From Balanoglossus misakiensis (lineage: Eukaryota > Animalia > Hemichordata), in assembly GCA_040954595.2 (NCBI GenBank), contig CM082578.2, positions 3,888,831 through 3,952,830 of the forward strand: a stretch of DNA of 64,000 nucleotides, read 5' to 3'. The notes below the pieces were generated by a model. It was not told the DNA's origin. It saw only the letters and a list, made by a program, of their open reading frames with translations, and ran no database searches. Positions 11,801 to 24,699 of this stretch are shown here, piece after piece. How positions within the stretch are numbered: the stretch's first letter is position 1; every line of letters begins with the position of its first letter. The position numbers and the translations under genes were made by a program.

Positions 11801-14496
11801 GTCTTAGCATTTGGAGGGATGAAACAACTCATGTTGTCGGACACCTTACCACATTAAATTTTACGCTGACCAATAGTGGCAGAAGGAAAGCTGGGACCAG
11901 TATGGGACCCAATTTGTGACAATTTTTTGGTTAACTTTGGGATGACCTTTTACTTTTCATTATCTTGATATGTTGAAACACTTAATGCGTTCTTATACTT
12001 CATCTCCTTCTTTTGCCTATAACAAATAGTATCCTTAAAAATAAGAGGGCTTACGTGTTTTGTGTTTTGGATCTTTACTAGTATGTGACAATTTGTGAAA
12101 TGTTTGTGTGACCTTCCAGTTTTCTTTATCTCGGTATCCGGAAAATCTACCAAACCAGATATATTGTACAGAGTACAGAGAGACACGAAAGTGAGACGTG
12201 GACATTTTGTTTTAACTGGTCAGCGACCTATAATGTAGACTAAAATAAAGATATGACTACAGTAAAATGCTTCTGTTAAAAAGCAATGATTCAACTTACA
12301 GGTTTATCTGAAGCACGTAAAACAAACGGTTGACATCAGTTGAGGTTTATTTTTGTTATGCAAGAAACTAAAAACACAGATTAGAATTGTTCACAGTTTT
12401 AAGCAATTATATCCAGCTGACAATGGCCAAGTATAATAATCACTAAATAAGTTCAGACACCATTTAATTTCTGAAAAAGAGGATTACTGAAATTAAGTTA
12501 GCATCTTTCTAAATTGTTTGAACATCCATTCGATACAGTGCATATTTAACACGACAAATACTTAAGAACATATATTTATTATGAGGACATATCTAACATA
12601 AAACACAACAAATCTGACCTTGACAAAAGTCTACTTGAATTTTAAAATACAGTTCAGCATATCCTTTAAGACATTTCTTGTTGCGCACAATTTTAGAAAA
12701 TCGGGACATACTGCATTGACAGAAATAGTCATTAAACATAATCTGACAACTTGATTGTCTACAAGCCTTAATTGCAGATCATTTGTTAAAGGGACACAGT
12801 AGCTTTTGTTTGCCCTTTTTGATATCATTCAAGAATACATAGAATACCTGCATAAAGTCACTCACTGTGCAATATGCTGTCAGTGCATAACCTAAAAAGG
12901 GGTCAGTAAATACCCCTTTGCTGTATGCAAAGTTGTGATTTTGTGTGTGACATGAAATGAACTACCTGTACCAAAGTGTGTTTCCTTTTGACAAATAACA
13001 TTGCCATAGCAGTGTACATGGCAGCTATACATAAAAGAAATTACTACACTCTGAGATCTCATGCCAAGATCCATGTGGTCTAAATAGTTTGCAACACTGG
13101 CTATATATTCAAATACATGGATAAAAGTTTAGCTAACAGTGAAAAACTGGGTGGACATCATAAATTATTTATCTGAATGTTCAATCTTGTATTTTGATAT
13201 ACAAGCATAGTTCACCAGTACAGTACTGTACTGGTAAACACAGAGCATTAATCCTTTGAGTCGCTGCACACGCACACAGTTTATTAGGCCGTTCACAATA
13301 CTAAAAAAAGGCTAGGACCTTTTCCTAGTAAGGTCCGTGGACGAGCACAAAAACAGGTGTGAACGGGTCTGGCCGATTTTTGTCCGGACAATTTTTGTAC
13401 CAGTTGAATGGGGTGGTTTGTATCCTACTCTGGTCCTACTCTGGTCGCAGCAAGATGTGTGTGGACACGTTTTGTCCGACTCTGGTCCAAGTTGACACCT
13501 TTTACAATTGACAAATCAGTGTAGTCTATCGTTTGACAATGGTGAAAATCGTATAAACATCCATAAGAGGACCAACATGGTTGTGCTTTATAAGGTCAAA
13601 GGTTGGCAAGACACCGCTGGGCAGGACTGTGCCAAACTCAATATGAACAGGGACTAAAGATTAGCTTATCTTGTCACAATCATATGGATTAGTTGTGCCT
13701 GGCCATGGGCCAAGATGTGAACCCACTTAAGGGCGCTGAGGCTTAGTCCCATAGACAATGGGTTACGAAGAGGTGTTACAGTAATTCTTTACACCGGCTC
13801 AGGTCTGACCGGCAAAGCCGTCTCAAATCTAAGCTGTTTCAGAACCACTATACACTCATGATTTTTTAAGATGGTATCTGATCTGAGACGCTTCAGAGCC
13901 GTCTTAATGGTGTGTAATTATGACCCCATACAGTTCACCATGTTTCAAGAAGTCAAACAACAGGTCCAGTTTTGAATACTAAATTGACACAAAATGAAAA
14001 TACGTAATTATTTGATAAAAAACATGCTTGATAACACAAATGACAATTTAAAAAATATCAAATCATGTTATAAAATGGCTACCTCGACTCAAAATTGGTT
14101 ATTTGCATGGTATACTAAACATCAAGAAACTTATTTCAGAATAAAAAGTACAAATTAAATTATTTCTATTACTCTCATAATGCAGGCAAATATCTTTACT
14201 GTAATAAAAAATCATCCAGTACAATAAGTTGTTCACAATACAGTATTTGATGTATCTTTTTACAAAATCCAATATATACACTATACCACACAGTATTAAA
14301 GGCAGTTGAATTATGTACATGTACTCAATATTGCATAGTATATGATCATACAAACAAATGTACACACAAAAGTGAATACCCCATGATGTAGCAATAACAT
14401 TGTTAAATTGTAATTATATCATACCAAGCAAGAATGTAAATTTTTCTAAAATACTTTATATATTTAACGATTGTATATATACATAGAAAATGACTA

Positions 14497-14602
14497 CACA
14501 TACATACATACATACATACACACATACATACATACATACATACATACATACATACATACATGCCTGCATGCATGACACAGACAGACAGACAGACAGATAG
14601 AC
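14497..14602. repeat. (CATA)n/(CAGA)n microsatellite
   Basis: Directly visible. Confidence 0.95.
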
Positions 14603-14779
14603 AACTAACTCTAACAACTAACAATTTACCCCTTGATATCAAAAACCGCCAGAAGTGTCAATATTTTTAAGCGTAATTTGAAAACTTACCTTTTTACTCG
14701 GTTTTATGTGTAACGTGTTCGATTGTGTCCTTTTAACTATTTTTACCAGCCTTGTATTTTTAATCTACTCTTTTAGCTA

Positions 14780-14850
14780 TGTACAATGCGCTGAGACGTA
14801 TGTGTAGCGCATTTTAAACAATTGTTAATAATAATAATAATAAATAATAA
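14780..14850 (+). mobile_element. Possible 3' tail remnant of a non-LTR retrotransposon (L2/CR1-like)
   Basis: Short stem-loop atgcgct...agcgcat followed by a (TAA)n tail; no coding remnant recognised. Confidence 0.35.
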
Positions 14851-14944
14851 CTCATTAAAGGCAAGTAGACAACCTGTCTTAATTACCCTGTCCTGCTCCA
14901 GAGTTTATATCTTTTTCTGAAAGTTAAATCACATCGTGTTTGAC

Positions 14945-17215
14945 AAATTATTTGCGGTTGGTGTATCGCTACCTTATCGTTACCTTATCGAAAGCAATCT
15001 GGTGGTCAATATTATTTTCCAGAAAGGTAAATAAAGGTAAATGTTGATTTCAGCTTTCACATATTATGAGTATTGCAGGGAAAGTTATTGGCTGCTGTCA
15101 AAATTCTTTGGCAAATAAGTATCATAAGGCAGTTGTACGATATGCACATAATATTTCTACAGATCCTGAACACCCACTTTAAAATATCTTTCAAAATCTC
15201 CAATTATGGACATGCTACAGAGTTCAATTTATCAGGAAACAAATCCATTGGAAAACAGCTGTATCTATTTTAAATTCTAGTTTCATCCTTTTTTAGTTTT
15301 ATCCAGTGCTGCAGATGTGATTTTCATCATGTTGTCTTTTTTGTGTCTGTGTATTTACATTGTTTATCAACATGTCATTTATCCTGAATTTATAACTGAT
15401 TGATGAGCCTGAAGACAATTTTCACAACTATTGTTGACAATTAAGTATTTGAATTGATTTACCGTAGGAGCAAGTATAAGAACATTTAACCTCTTGCTGT
15501 GTAGTTTTGCTTTTATCTAGTCTCACTCCCAGACCTCATTGTTGTGCACCCTAGTGTGCTTCTGGCAGTATGACCGGGCAAGGAGCGCAGCGACTGTTGA
15601 AGCACAAGTCACCCGCCAAATCAGATCACTTGCCCAGTCATGTCCTACCACCAGAGGCAAACACTTTGCCTTGGTGAAGCAACAAGATCTGGTACCATCA
15701 CTCAGCTTTTCTGTAACAAAGGCTTTTTTTGAAACTTGTAACTCTTGCTTGGTTGTTTTGCTTTTATCTAGTCTTACTCCCAGACCTCATCGCTGTGCAC
15801 CCTAGTGTGCAACTGGCAGTATGACCAGGCAAGGAGCGCAGCGACAAGCACAAGTCGCCCGCCAAATCAGATCACTTGCCAGGTCATGTCCTACCACCAG
15901 AGGCAAACACTTTGCTTTGGTGAAGCAACAAGATCTGGTACCATCACTCAGCTTTTCCGTAACAAGGCCATTATTAAATCATGTACGTGAATGAGGTTTT
16001 TCCTCGTGGCGGGTTACTTCTTTAATTTTCTCACCATACTTATTTTATTTCAAAACACAAGTCTAAATTATATTTTGATGCTATAGCTTCATGAAAGCTA
16101 AAATGTAAAGTCTTTTTTAAAACATTTACCATCACACTTTCTATTCCTTTCACAGACACATGATCAATCAATGTATTAGCTTCTGTAGTTAATACGCTTG
16201 AAATTATTTGCAGTTGGTGTATCGCTACTTTATCGTTACCTTATCAAAAGCAATCTGGTGGTCAATATTATTTTCCGGAAAGGTAAATAAAGGTAAATGT
16301 TGATTTCAGCTTTCTCATATTATGAGTATTGCAGGGAAAGTTATTGGCTACTGTCAAAATTCTTTGGCAAATAAGTATCATAAGGCAGTTGTACGATATG
16401 CACATAATATTTCTACAGATCCTGTACACCAACTTTAAAATATCTTTCAAATTCTCAATTATGGACATGCTACAGAGTTTAATTTATCAGGAAACAATTC
16501 CTTTGGAAAACAATTTTCCCAACAGCTATATCTATTTTAAATTCGAGTTTCATCCTTTTTTAGTTTTATCCAGTGCAACAGATGTGATTTTCATCATGTT
16601 GTCTTTTTTGTGTCTGTGTATTTACATTATTATCAAAATGTCATTTATCTTGAATTTATAACTGATTGATGAGCCTGAAGACAATTTTCACAACTATTGT
16701 TGAGAATTAAGTATTTGAATTGATTTACCGTAGGAGCCAGTATAAGAACATTTAACCTCTTGCTGTGTAGTTTTGCTTTTATCTAGTCTCACTCCCAGAC
16801 CTCATTGCTGTTCACCATAGTGTGCTTCTGGCAGTATGACCGGGCAAGGAGCGCAGCGACTGTTGAAGCACAAGTCACCCGCCAAATCAGATCACTTGCC
16901 CAGTCATGTCCTACCACCAGAGGCAAACACTTTGCCTTGGTGAAGCAACAAGATCTGGTACCATTACTCAGCTTTTTCGTTACAAAGGCCATTCTTGAAT
17001 CATGTACCTGAATGAGGTTATTCCTCGCGTTGGATTATATCTTTATTTTTCTAATAATACTGATTTTATTTCAAAACACAAGTCTAAATTATTATATTTT
17101 GATGCTTATTGCTTCATGAAAGCTGAAGTATTTTGGTACAACATTTACTGTCACATTTTTTATGCCTTTCACATACACATGGTCAATCAATGTATTAGCT
17201 TCTGTAGTTGGTTCA
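14945..17215. repeat. Tandem duplication of the transposase-A 3' end and downstream region (units ~14945-16200 and ~16201-17215), with an extra ~230-bp duplication at ~15500-15970
   Basis: aattatttgc(g/a)gttggtgtatcgctac at 14946 and 16202; ~16040-16190 is a decayed copy of ~17060-17211. Confidence 0.85.
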
Positions 17216-20200
17216 CTTACAGATTGTCTGAAACCATGATCTTTCATGAACTTTACAAGTGATGACCGGGACAAGATATCTTCATTGAAATCACCCATGA
17301 TCAGTTTGCCTCCTGGGTATTTATCCATTGCTTTCACCAAACAAACCAAACTACTTATGAATACCTCTGCTTTGTATGATGGTGGTCTGTAAACTACAGC
17401 TACTGTAACATTGATTTTAGCAACATAAAATGAAATACATTCCAAATTACACACACCCAAATGCAAAATTTCAAAATCACTACATAGTTTGCTATAGACT
17501 CCAACACCACCCCGCTGTTGCAATTGTAGACTTGATGTATTTGTATCAAATTGATTGTAGGATTGAGATCGTGGTTGGTGATTGAATTCAAATCCGCTCA
17601 ATTGTAAATTACAATGTTTTCCTTTTTCAGATAACCATGTCTCCGTCAAACAAATGAAGTCTGCTTCCAAATATTCACTGTCATTGCAAATATCTTTAAT
17701 GTGATTGACAAGTCCCTCCACATTATGCAATACAAATGAGCATGTATAATTACTGTGTTCTCTCTGAGTACACTTGGGAAGAAACTTTGGCATTGTTTCC
17801 AGGGCTTCTTGGACTTTTTCATTGCAATATATGGATGATTTGTTAAAGTCATTAATAATGAGACCATCTAATGATGTCACTCGACTCAATGCCACATATG
17901 CCTGTCCTGGTGCAAACATCTTCTTCAAATTAACAACAGCTTTTTCAACTGTCAATCCCTGCACCTTATGCACTGTACATGCCCAAGCTAGTTTTAAAGG
18001 AAATTGCCTCCTAATACCACCATTACTTGCAACTGACATTTCCTGGGGTTCTATAAGGGTACTGTTTACTGGAAGGTTAGATATAGTTATAGGCTTCTTT
18101 TTACGCAATCCTTGGCCAACTTTCTCATTATCAAATACAACATAAATGGCAGCTGGGAATTTTACATTTGGTTTAACTGCAATGTGACATACTGTGCCAA
18201 ATACGCCATTCACCAAACCATCAGCCACATCAATATTATGTGTCAATTGGACTCGTGCACCAACAGCTAGAGTAAGAGTCTTTGGCAAAGTTGTCCTGTA
18301 CACTTTGACGTGGTGACCTTCCTTTTTTTCTAGTCTTCCACTTGTAGGATTCCTGCTAAAATCTTCTGCTTCAATACACACAGGATCAGAACATTGAGAA
18401 TGAAGCATTTCAACATTACAGCTATTAACCTCTGCATTTGTAGCAAAAATATGCATTGCCTCAGACGTTTCACCAGTAACACACTTTTGAAACATTGCCA
18501 CATCACCAGCATTCATTGTGTCCCCTTTTTTGTGAACTCTTACCCGATTTAATGCCTCTGCAAATGCACAGTCTTTCTGTCTCATTATTTCCGTTAGTTC
18601 TATGATACTGAAATTATCTTTCCACAGATTGACGGATTCACGGTCTATGCACAGTGGACTTGCTTTCACAGGTGGAAGTTGATAAAAGTCACCTACAGCA
18701 ATAACACAAACATTCCCAAATGGTGACTCAGCCGATGACTGTTTGATTTGTCGTAGTCTTCCGTGAACGTAGTACAATAACTTTTTGTCTACCATAGAAA
18801 TCTCATCTATTATCAAAATTTGAAGGTGTCCAAACTTGCAACGAAGAGTATTCAGCTTTTCTTCACGCAGTGGCTGATATGGTAGCTTTGAGTCAACTGC
18901 TATGGAGAATATATGATGGAGAGTTGTTCCTTGTATATTAAATGCCGCAACTCCTGTCGGTGCAGTTAAAGCAATAGAAATTCCATCAATATCTGGCATT
19001 GCCCGAGCTAGAATTCGTTTAGCTTCATGATATATGGCTTTGATTAAGTGACTTTTCCCAGTACCAGCACCACCAGTGACAAACAAACAAAATGGTTCTG
19101 GATTATTGCCATTGCTTTTGTCCAAACACCACTTCCTGACAGTGTAAAACACTTCTGCTTGTTTCTTGTTCAATGATCTACACATTGCTTCAACCTCATA
19201 TTTCCTTATTGAATTCGAAATTTCTAAATGGTAGTCATCACCTTTGGGTTTCTGAACCAAATCTGGAATATCATCGTCATCTACGGGATCATCACCACTG
19301 CACTTTTTACCTTCTTCAATGCATTCCAACCGTTCCAATTCATTTTCTGGACATATTTGTGCCCATGCATCTTCAAGATGGCCATTCTCATCAAGAAATT
19401 GTCCAGCTGCATCAATAGCATCAGCCTCTGTTTCAAATAATGCTTTGTTGGCATCTACGATCATTTTTACCTTTTCTAAAGAAGCAGAGCCACATTTCAC
19501 TGCACCAAGACAATAAAAATCCTCAAACGATTCAAATCCACTAGGTTTCAGTTGTGATTCAGTACGATATGGGAGAAACAGTTGTAATATACTGCCATAG
19601 TGCTTTTCTGGACATTTGGTAACAGAAAATCTAGCATATCTAACAACAGCCCCATCACTTTGAGATCTTTTCTGCATGTAACCAACATCATTTTTCAACT
19701 TCACTATTGGACTGTGGCGTTTTTCATTACTCACATTTTTCATTTCTGATTTTGAAACCACTCTGTATTCAGAACAAAATGCTGCAAGACACATGTTGTC
19801 AAAATCTACCCCATTTGGTCTGTTCTTGTACCTGTCTACAATGCTGTTCATCCATATCTCTTCCTCGTCTAAATCATCACCTTTCATTTTCTTCTGTATT
19901 GCAGCTAATGGCAGACTCATTTTAATTTGATTTTCTCCTGTTGGAATAAACTGAACTTTTCGTGATGATTGTTTCAGTTTCAAACCACATACCCTATACA
20001 CAGCTTCCTGGGCACTTATTTCCCTGTTGTGCAGATATACACCACCTAATTCTTTCATGGCCGACTTTGCATCCATATTTCCTTCTTTGTTAGCCTCTTT
20101 CTGTGCATGTTCCAAGAGTAAACCCATTTCTCTTTCTGCCTTAGAGATGTATGACACAATGTACACAACACAGGCATATGCATCCACAACAAACTGAATG

Positions 20201-23200
20201 TCCATATTTGCATTCCAGCAAAGAAGGAGGTTGGCATTATATGGATTTACCCAAACATCACTTGGCTCACGTTTTAGAACTACACTTGTCTTCTTTGCCA
20301 AAATTGCATTTGCTTGTTCAAACATCTCCTGAGATATGCCAACTGCATTGAACAAATCATCAATAGTATCAATTTGTTTCTCTTTGTCACACAGGCATGT
20401 CCACACTCGTTCTAAAATTTGTCTAGCCTTCTTCTGACCCAATACTGTATCATCAAACTCAGGCAAACTATTTTCAAATTCACTTTCCAGTGATGTAGTC
20501 ATTTGATCATCCTTACACTGATCGTCATCTGTTACCTCTATACCGGTATCTATGCTGACAGAAGGGTGGCATATAAAGGTTTTGTTTGAAGGAGGTCGAG
20601 GAAAGTTGAATCGACATGTAGTACCCTTTTTCTTGCAAGATTTTGAATGCCTTGAGCTGTGTTTCTGGACTGTTTTCACAATCTCATGCAGTACCTCATC
20701 CTCTTCAATAGAAGGCATTTCACATGTTACATATCTGTCAACAAACTCAACAACATCTTCATCAGAATCTTTGTCCACTTTTGGGGCATTTTCAACCCAA
20801 AACAAACAGTGAGTGTGTGGTGATCCACGCTGCTGAAACTCAACTCGATAAAAATAATCTTTGATCTTCCCAATAGGACTAGCTGGTGACATTATTACCT
20901 CATTCAAGAAACAATGGAATCTATTATCAAACATTCTTGCTGCTGTGACGGGATTTCGCCTCAAGATACCACATTTCTCAGACCAATCGAGATCCTCAGC
21001 ATTACGTGTATCACCTTCTTCACGTAGGATAGTTTCAATTACTTCTTTCCATCTTAAGTCAGCAGCAGAAAATGAGCAGAACCATGTCGGTATACCTAAC
21101 TGTCTGATCATTGCAAACAAATCTTTCTGTGTTGATTGCCAATAAGGAGGAGTTCCTCGTACTGGTTTTAGAAACTTGTAGCCTTCATCACACTTCAATA
21201 TCTCTCTCAAAGAATCCCCATCAGTCAGAACATCAGATGTCACCTTTTTGCCACAAGCGTTGGCAGTTCCTTTTCTCAAAGCAATTGACACATTTGATAC
21301 AACCTGGTCAAGTTCTGAACGGTATTGTGCATAAAATATATAGTCTGTGCTTCTGGCAAACCTGTTACTTGCATTCATTAAACGACTTTGCAGGTATCGC
21401 CCTATTGTTATCTTAACCTCTCGGTCATCGTGAAATGTTGGTGATCCAGTTGGGAATATCACAGGAAAGCACTTAGCTTCATTGAACTTTTCCATCAACA
21501 CTCTAACAGGTTTATTATCCTCACCAGGTGCAACACAAGCAATATCATCAAAGTGATAATCAAGAATATCCTGACCAATGTCAACTGGTTGAAAGCATGT
21601 GTCCATGAATATTCCATTTGTATCTCTATCATGTTCATTTCCATCTTCTGTGTCTGATGCTACATCATTGCCTTCAGTATCTAACAATTTTTCCTCAGTG
21701 TTTCCATTACTTTCACCATCAGATTTTTCTTCAGTCTTTTCAAGAGTATTTTCCCAAGTGAGATTGAATTTGACATCATTATACCACTTGTTATTTTTCT
21801 GTAGGTATTCCAGTGCATTTTGAATGTGTCCTTTGTTTACAAATTGATACTGATAACAACCTTTATAACTTAATTTCCGCTTCAATTTCACCTTTATCAT
21901 CTGGTCCTCCAATTCACCTCTAGGCAAAATACTTGTGGCCTTTTCTATATTAGACGGGACACACACAACAGGCCCATGAACACCATTCTGTCCACCTCTT
22001 GGTAGTGCCATCATTTTCATGAAAGGAATATGCAGTGCAATTAAATGTTGCTCTAACGAATTCAGGCATTTTAATTCATTAGGTATTGGTTTGACATCAA
22101 GATTGTTTGCAGCAGCTTGAACAGGCATCTCTGCACGCAAGAGTTTGCTATGGCATGTGTGACAAATCCATAATTTACTGGCTGCACTGCTCTTAAGGGG
22201 ACAATCAATAATACATAATTCAGTACAGTTGTGTATATAATCTTGTGTTATGCATTTGTTGGCATTCATTTCACAGAGACCTCCCTTAGAGATATAGTTA
22301 TCCATCTTACAAACAAGAACCTGCTTTCTAAAAAGTCTCCGATGACAAACTGAACATACACAATTTGGCCCAACTGAAATCTGATTCCGGAAATCAATTA
22401 TAACACGCTGTATATTTTCCTTTTCAATCTTTGTCACTTTCCTCTCAGTACGTCTTCTCTCCAGTACAGTTTGTTTATAAACGTGATCCTGTTGGTAACG
22501 TTCCAAACACTTTTTTTTTGTCCGGTTTTGAAACTCTTCATCTCTGTTATACTTGTCAAGAAATTGTGCTGCATTCTGACTTTTTTTGTGTTCTCGGAAC
22601 TTCTGATCGTTGTGGAACTTGTCAGCAAATACTGCTGCACTCTGTCTCTTCTTTTGTTCTCGAAACTCCAGATCTTTGTTGTACTTATCAACGCATTGTC
22701 TCTTCTTTTGTTCTCGGAACATCTGATCTTTTTTGTACTTGTCAACACATTGTGCTGCACTCTCACTCTTCTTGTGCTCTCTGTATAGTGGAACTTTTTC
22801 ATATTTTGCCAAACATTGTTCTGCACATACAGTTTTCTGTACTTCACGAAATACTAGGTCATGATCGTATCTTCCTGCAAGTCTACGTTTTTTGTTCTCT
22901 CTGTACAGTACATCTTCATGATATCTCTTTCTTCTAACCGATTTTATATTGTCTCTATATTCACAATTAGTCTGATAACGTTCATATTGTTTAGCTGCTT
23001 TAGAGCTCTTCAGACTACTGGGTACATTTAATTGATTCAATTTACCTCTTTCACTTTCATACTTTTCACGCCTGAGTTTCTTTTTTAGCCGTTCACCCAT
23101 GGCTCTTCCACGTTTCTCACCTCTTACTGGTGCAAGACACGGAAGTTCTTCATGTGTTGCAAATACTTCATCCAAATGGAACTCTTGTTTCAAACCAATC

Positions 23201-24426
23201 TGTTTTGAACACTCATTGTCTGTCACATCCATGTATACACCAGTTTCATATTCTATAGGGACAACATCATTGCAATCAATGTGTGTACAATGACAGGTTT
23301 CCAACTGTGGTGTCTTCACACACTCTACAACTTCATAATGGTTTCTATTGCGATGGTTCAGGTATATACCAACACCTCTATCAACATTATTTTTATTGAT
23401 TAAATTACAAGAATGTTTCCACCAACTATCAAAACTGTACACAAAAATATTTACATTGAAGAGATTTGTAGTGGCAAGGATTTCCGTTTCTGTAGCCCAT
23501 GTGCCTAGATGATCCATTCTGGACTTCTCAATATAATCAGCAACTGATGTATATCCATCTAACCTTACCCAGCCTGAATATACTTCCTCATTGGCTTTCA
23601 AGTGATTCACAATGGCCGTTCGAATAACTCCGTGATTTCGCTCAGTCCCACTTATACAATATGACAAGGACCTAAAAAAACAGTTACCATCACCAATTAT
23701 TGACTTGTAATTACATGGGTCTCCAATTGTAACACTTCCAAGTTTATTTAAAACATCAATTTTATTTTTATCTACAATATCAAATTTGCAACACAGCTGT
23801 TCACATACATCAGAAGTAAGTGGAGAGAATGAATAAACACTGTCCTCTGTTCCACTACCAATATATAGGTCTTCCGATGAATCATTGTCAAGACTATGTT
23901 GTTGCAGAATTTCATTACTTCCTTCAGTCTTATCAACACTTTGATTTTCGGTCTCAAATATCTCATTGTTGACTTTAGTACTTTCATTTTCTCTGTCACT
24001 TTTTCTGATTTTATCCATATTCCTGTTTTTAGAGAGGGCAGGCCCCTCTTTGAATTCATTTCTATTCCTGTTTTTAGAGAGGGCAGGCCCCTCTTTGTAT
24101 TCATTTCTATTCCTGTTTTTAGAGAGGGCAGGCCCCTCTTTGAATTCATTATTATTCCTGTTTTTAGAGAGGGCAGGCCCCTCTTTGTATTCATTTCTAT
24201 TCCTGTTTTTAGAGAGGGCAGGCCCCTCTTTGAATTCATTTCTATTCCTGTTTTTAGAGAGGGCAGGCCCCTCTTTGTATTCATTTCTATTCCTGTTTTT
24301 AGAGAGGGCAGGCCCCTCTTTGTGCTCTATAGCTATCCTGTTTTTCAAGAGGACAGGATCCTCAGACACAACAGCATCTTCATTCTTCTGACTCCTCTTC
24401 TTCCTCCAGTATCTACTGCGTGGCAT
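17092..24426 (-). CDS. Helentron/Helitron2 RepHel transposase, family A (~2444 aa): OTU-like protease, Cys/His region, HUH-Y2 Rep, PIF1-like SF1B helicase, C-terminal AP-type endonuclease
   Basis: Uninterrupted ORF. OTU-like IIGDGNCFFRSLS...WATETEI...NHYEVV; CVCSVCHR...CHTCH; Rep WFCSFSAAD, VEFQQRGSPHTHCLFW, YACVVYIVSYISK; helicase GGAGTGKS, IIDEISMV, GDFYQLPPV, QFPLKLAWACTVHKVQGLT, GQAYVALSRV; endonuclease LTETWL, GGVGVY, MGDFN, IDHVYV. Start placed at the ATG (24426) after the acceptor ttgctttgttccag, matching MPRSR of the second ORF. Confidence 0.96.
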   Translation of the reverse strand: MPRSRYWRKKRSQKNEDAVVSEDPVLLKNRIAIEHKEGPALSKNRNRNEYKEGPALSKNRNRNEFKEGPALSKNRNRNEYKEGPALSKNRNNNEFKEGPALSKNRNRNEYKEGPALSKNRNRNEFKEGPALSKNRNMDKIRKSDRENESTKVNNEIFETENQSVDKTEGSNEILQQHSLDNDSSEDLYIGSGTEDSVYSFSPLTSDVCEQLCCKFDIVDKNKIDVLNKLGSVTIGDPCNYKSIIGDGNCFFRSLSYCISGTERNHGVIRTAIVNHLKANEEVYSGWVRLDGYTSVADYIEKSRMDHLGTWATETEILATTNLFNVNIFVYSFDSWWKHSCNLINKNNVDRGVGIYLNHRNRNHYEVVECVKTPQLETCHCTHIDCNDVVPIEYETGVYMDVTDNECSKQIGLKQEFHLDEVFATHEELPCLAPVRGEKRGRAMGERLKKKLRREKYESERGKLNQLNVPSSLKSSKAAKQYERYQTNCEYRDNIKSVRRKRYHEDVLYRENKKRRLAGRYDHDLVFREVQKTVCAEQCLAKYEKVPLYREHKKSESAAQCVDKYKKDQMFREQKKRQCVDKYNKDLEFREQKKRQSAAVFADKFHNDQKFREHKKSQNAAQFLDKYNRDEEFQNRTKKKCLERYQQDHVYKQTVLERRRTERKVTKIEKENIQRVIIDFRNQISVGPNCVCSVCHRRLFRKQVLVCKMDNYISKGGLCEMNANKCITQDYIHNCTELCIIDCPLKSSAASKLWICHTCHSKLLRAEMPVQAAANNLDVKPIPNELKCLNSLEQHLIALHIPFMKMMALPRGGQNGVHGPVVCVPSNIEKATSILPRGELEDQMIKVKLKRKLSYKGCYQYQFVNKGHIQNALEYLQKNNKWYNDVKFNLTWENTLEKTEEKSDGESNGNTEEKLLDTEGNDVASDTEDGNEHDRDTNGIFMDTCFQPVDIGQDILDYHFDDIACVAPGEDNKPVRVLMEKFNEAKCFPVIFPTGSPTFHDDREVKITIGRYLQSRLMNASNRFARSTDYIFYAQYRSELDQVVSNVSIALRKGTANACGKKVTSDVLTDGDSLREILKCDEGYKFLKPVRGTPPYWQSTQKDLFAMIRQLGIPTWFCSFSAADLRWKEVIETILREEGDTRNAEDLDWSEKCGILRRNPVTAARMFDNRFHCFLNEVIMSPASPIGKIKDYFYRVEFQQRGSPHTHCLFWVENAPKVDKDSDEDVVEFVDRYVTCEMPSIEEDEVLHEIVKTVQKHSSRHSKSCKKKGTTCRFNFPRPPSNKTFICHPSVSIDTGIEVTDDDQCKDDQMTTSLESEFENSLPEFDDTVLGQKKARQILERVWTCLCDKEKQIDTIDDLFNAVGISQEMFEQANAILAKKTSVVLKREPSDVWVNPYNANLLLCWNANMDIQFVVDAYACVVYIVSYISKAEREMGLLLEHAQKEANKEGNMDAKSAMKELGGVYLHNREISAQEAVYRVCGLKLKQSSRKVQFIPTGENQIKMSLPLAAIQKKMKGDDLDEEEIWMNSIVDRYKNRPNGVDFDNMCLAAFCSEYRVVSKSEMKNVSNEKRHSPIVKLKNDVGYMQKRSQSDGAVVRYARFSVTKCPEKHYGSILQLFLPYRTESQLKPSGFESFEDFYCLGAVKCGSASLEKVKMIVDANKALFETEADAIDAAGQFLDENGHLEDAWAQICPENELERLECIEEGKKCSGDDPVDDDDIPDLVQKPKGDDYHLEISNSIRKYEVEAMCRSLNKKQAEVFYTVRKWCLDKSNGNNPEPFCLFVTGGAGTGKSHLIKAIYHEAKRILARAMPDIDGISIALTAPTGVAAFNIQGTTLHHIFSIAVDSKLPYQPLREEKLNTLRCKFGHLQILIIDEISMVDKKLLYYVHGRLRQIKQSSAESPFGNVCVIAVGDFYQLPPVKASPLCIDRESVNLWKDNFSIIELTEIMRQKDCAFAEALNRVRVHKKGDTMNAGDVAMFQKCVTGETSEAMHIFATNAEVNSCNVEMLHSQCSDPVCIEAEDFSRNPTSGRLEKKEGHHVKVYRTTLPKTLTLAVGARVQLTHNIDVADGLVNGVFGTVCHIAVKPNVKFPAAIYVVFDNEKVGQGLRKKKPITISNLPVNSTLIEPQEMSVASNGGIRRQFPLKLAWACTVHKVQGLTVEKAVVNLKKMFAPGQAYVALSRVTSLDGLIINDFNKSSIYCNEKVQEALETMPKFLPKCTQREHSNYTCSFVLHNVEGLVNHIKDICNDSEYLEADFICLTETWLSEKGKHCNLQLSGFEFNHQPRSQSYNQFDTNTSSLQLQQRGGVGVYSKLCSDFEILHLGVCNLECISFYVAKINVTVAVVYRPPSYKAEVFISSLVCLVKAMDKYPGGKLIMGDFNEDILSRSSLVKFMKDHGFRQSVSEPTTEANTLIDHVYVKGIKNVTVNVVPKYFSFHEAISIKI
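24015..24325 (-). repeat. 45-bp coding minisatellite, 7 copies of KEGPALSKNRNRNE(Y/F)
   Basis: agagagggcaggcccctcttt at 24031, 24076, 24121, 24166, 24211, 24256 and 24301. Confidence 0.95.
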
Positions 24427-24699
24427 CTGGAACAAAGCAAATATACTGTCTAGTTAGGTTTTTACTTTCACCACCAGACTTCAGATAACCTTCTCATCAA
24501 ATCACATCACTAGTGATTATAACCAGTAAAAAGTAGTGGAACTTTTAACAGACAGAAGTGATTTATAGAAACTAAGTCCGAACAAAGTTGTAATTCAACA
24601 GCCACACATAATACACACATATCCCCATGCTTGTATACAAATAGACACATATACACACAAACTATCACAGAGACACTTTTTTTCTGCTGGAAAACAGGA

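Noticed and set aside
24427-24435. MFQ N-terminal extension in the ORF track
   Set aside because: Non-ATG start inside a polypyrimidine/AG acceptor; homology with B begins at MPRSR.
17400-24453. Alternative-frame and antisense ORFs within transposase A (similarly within B)
   Set aside because: Shadow ORFs; the longest coincide with stop-poor minisatellites.
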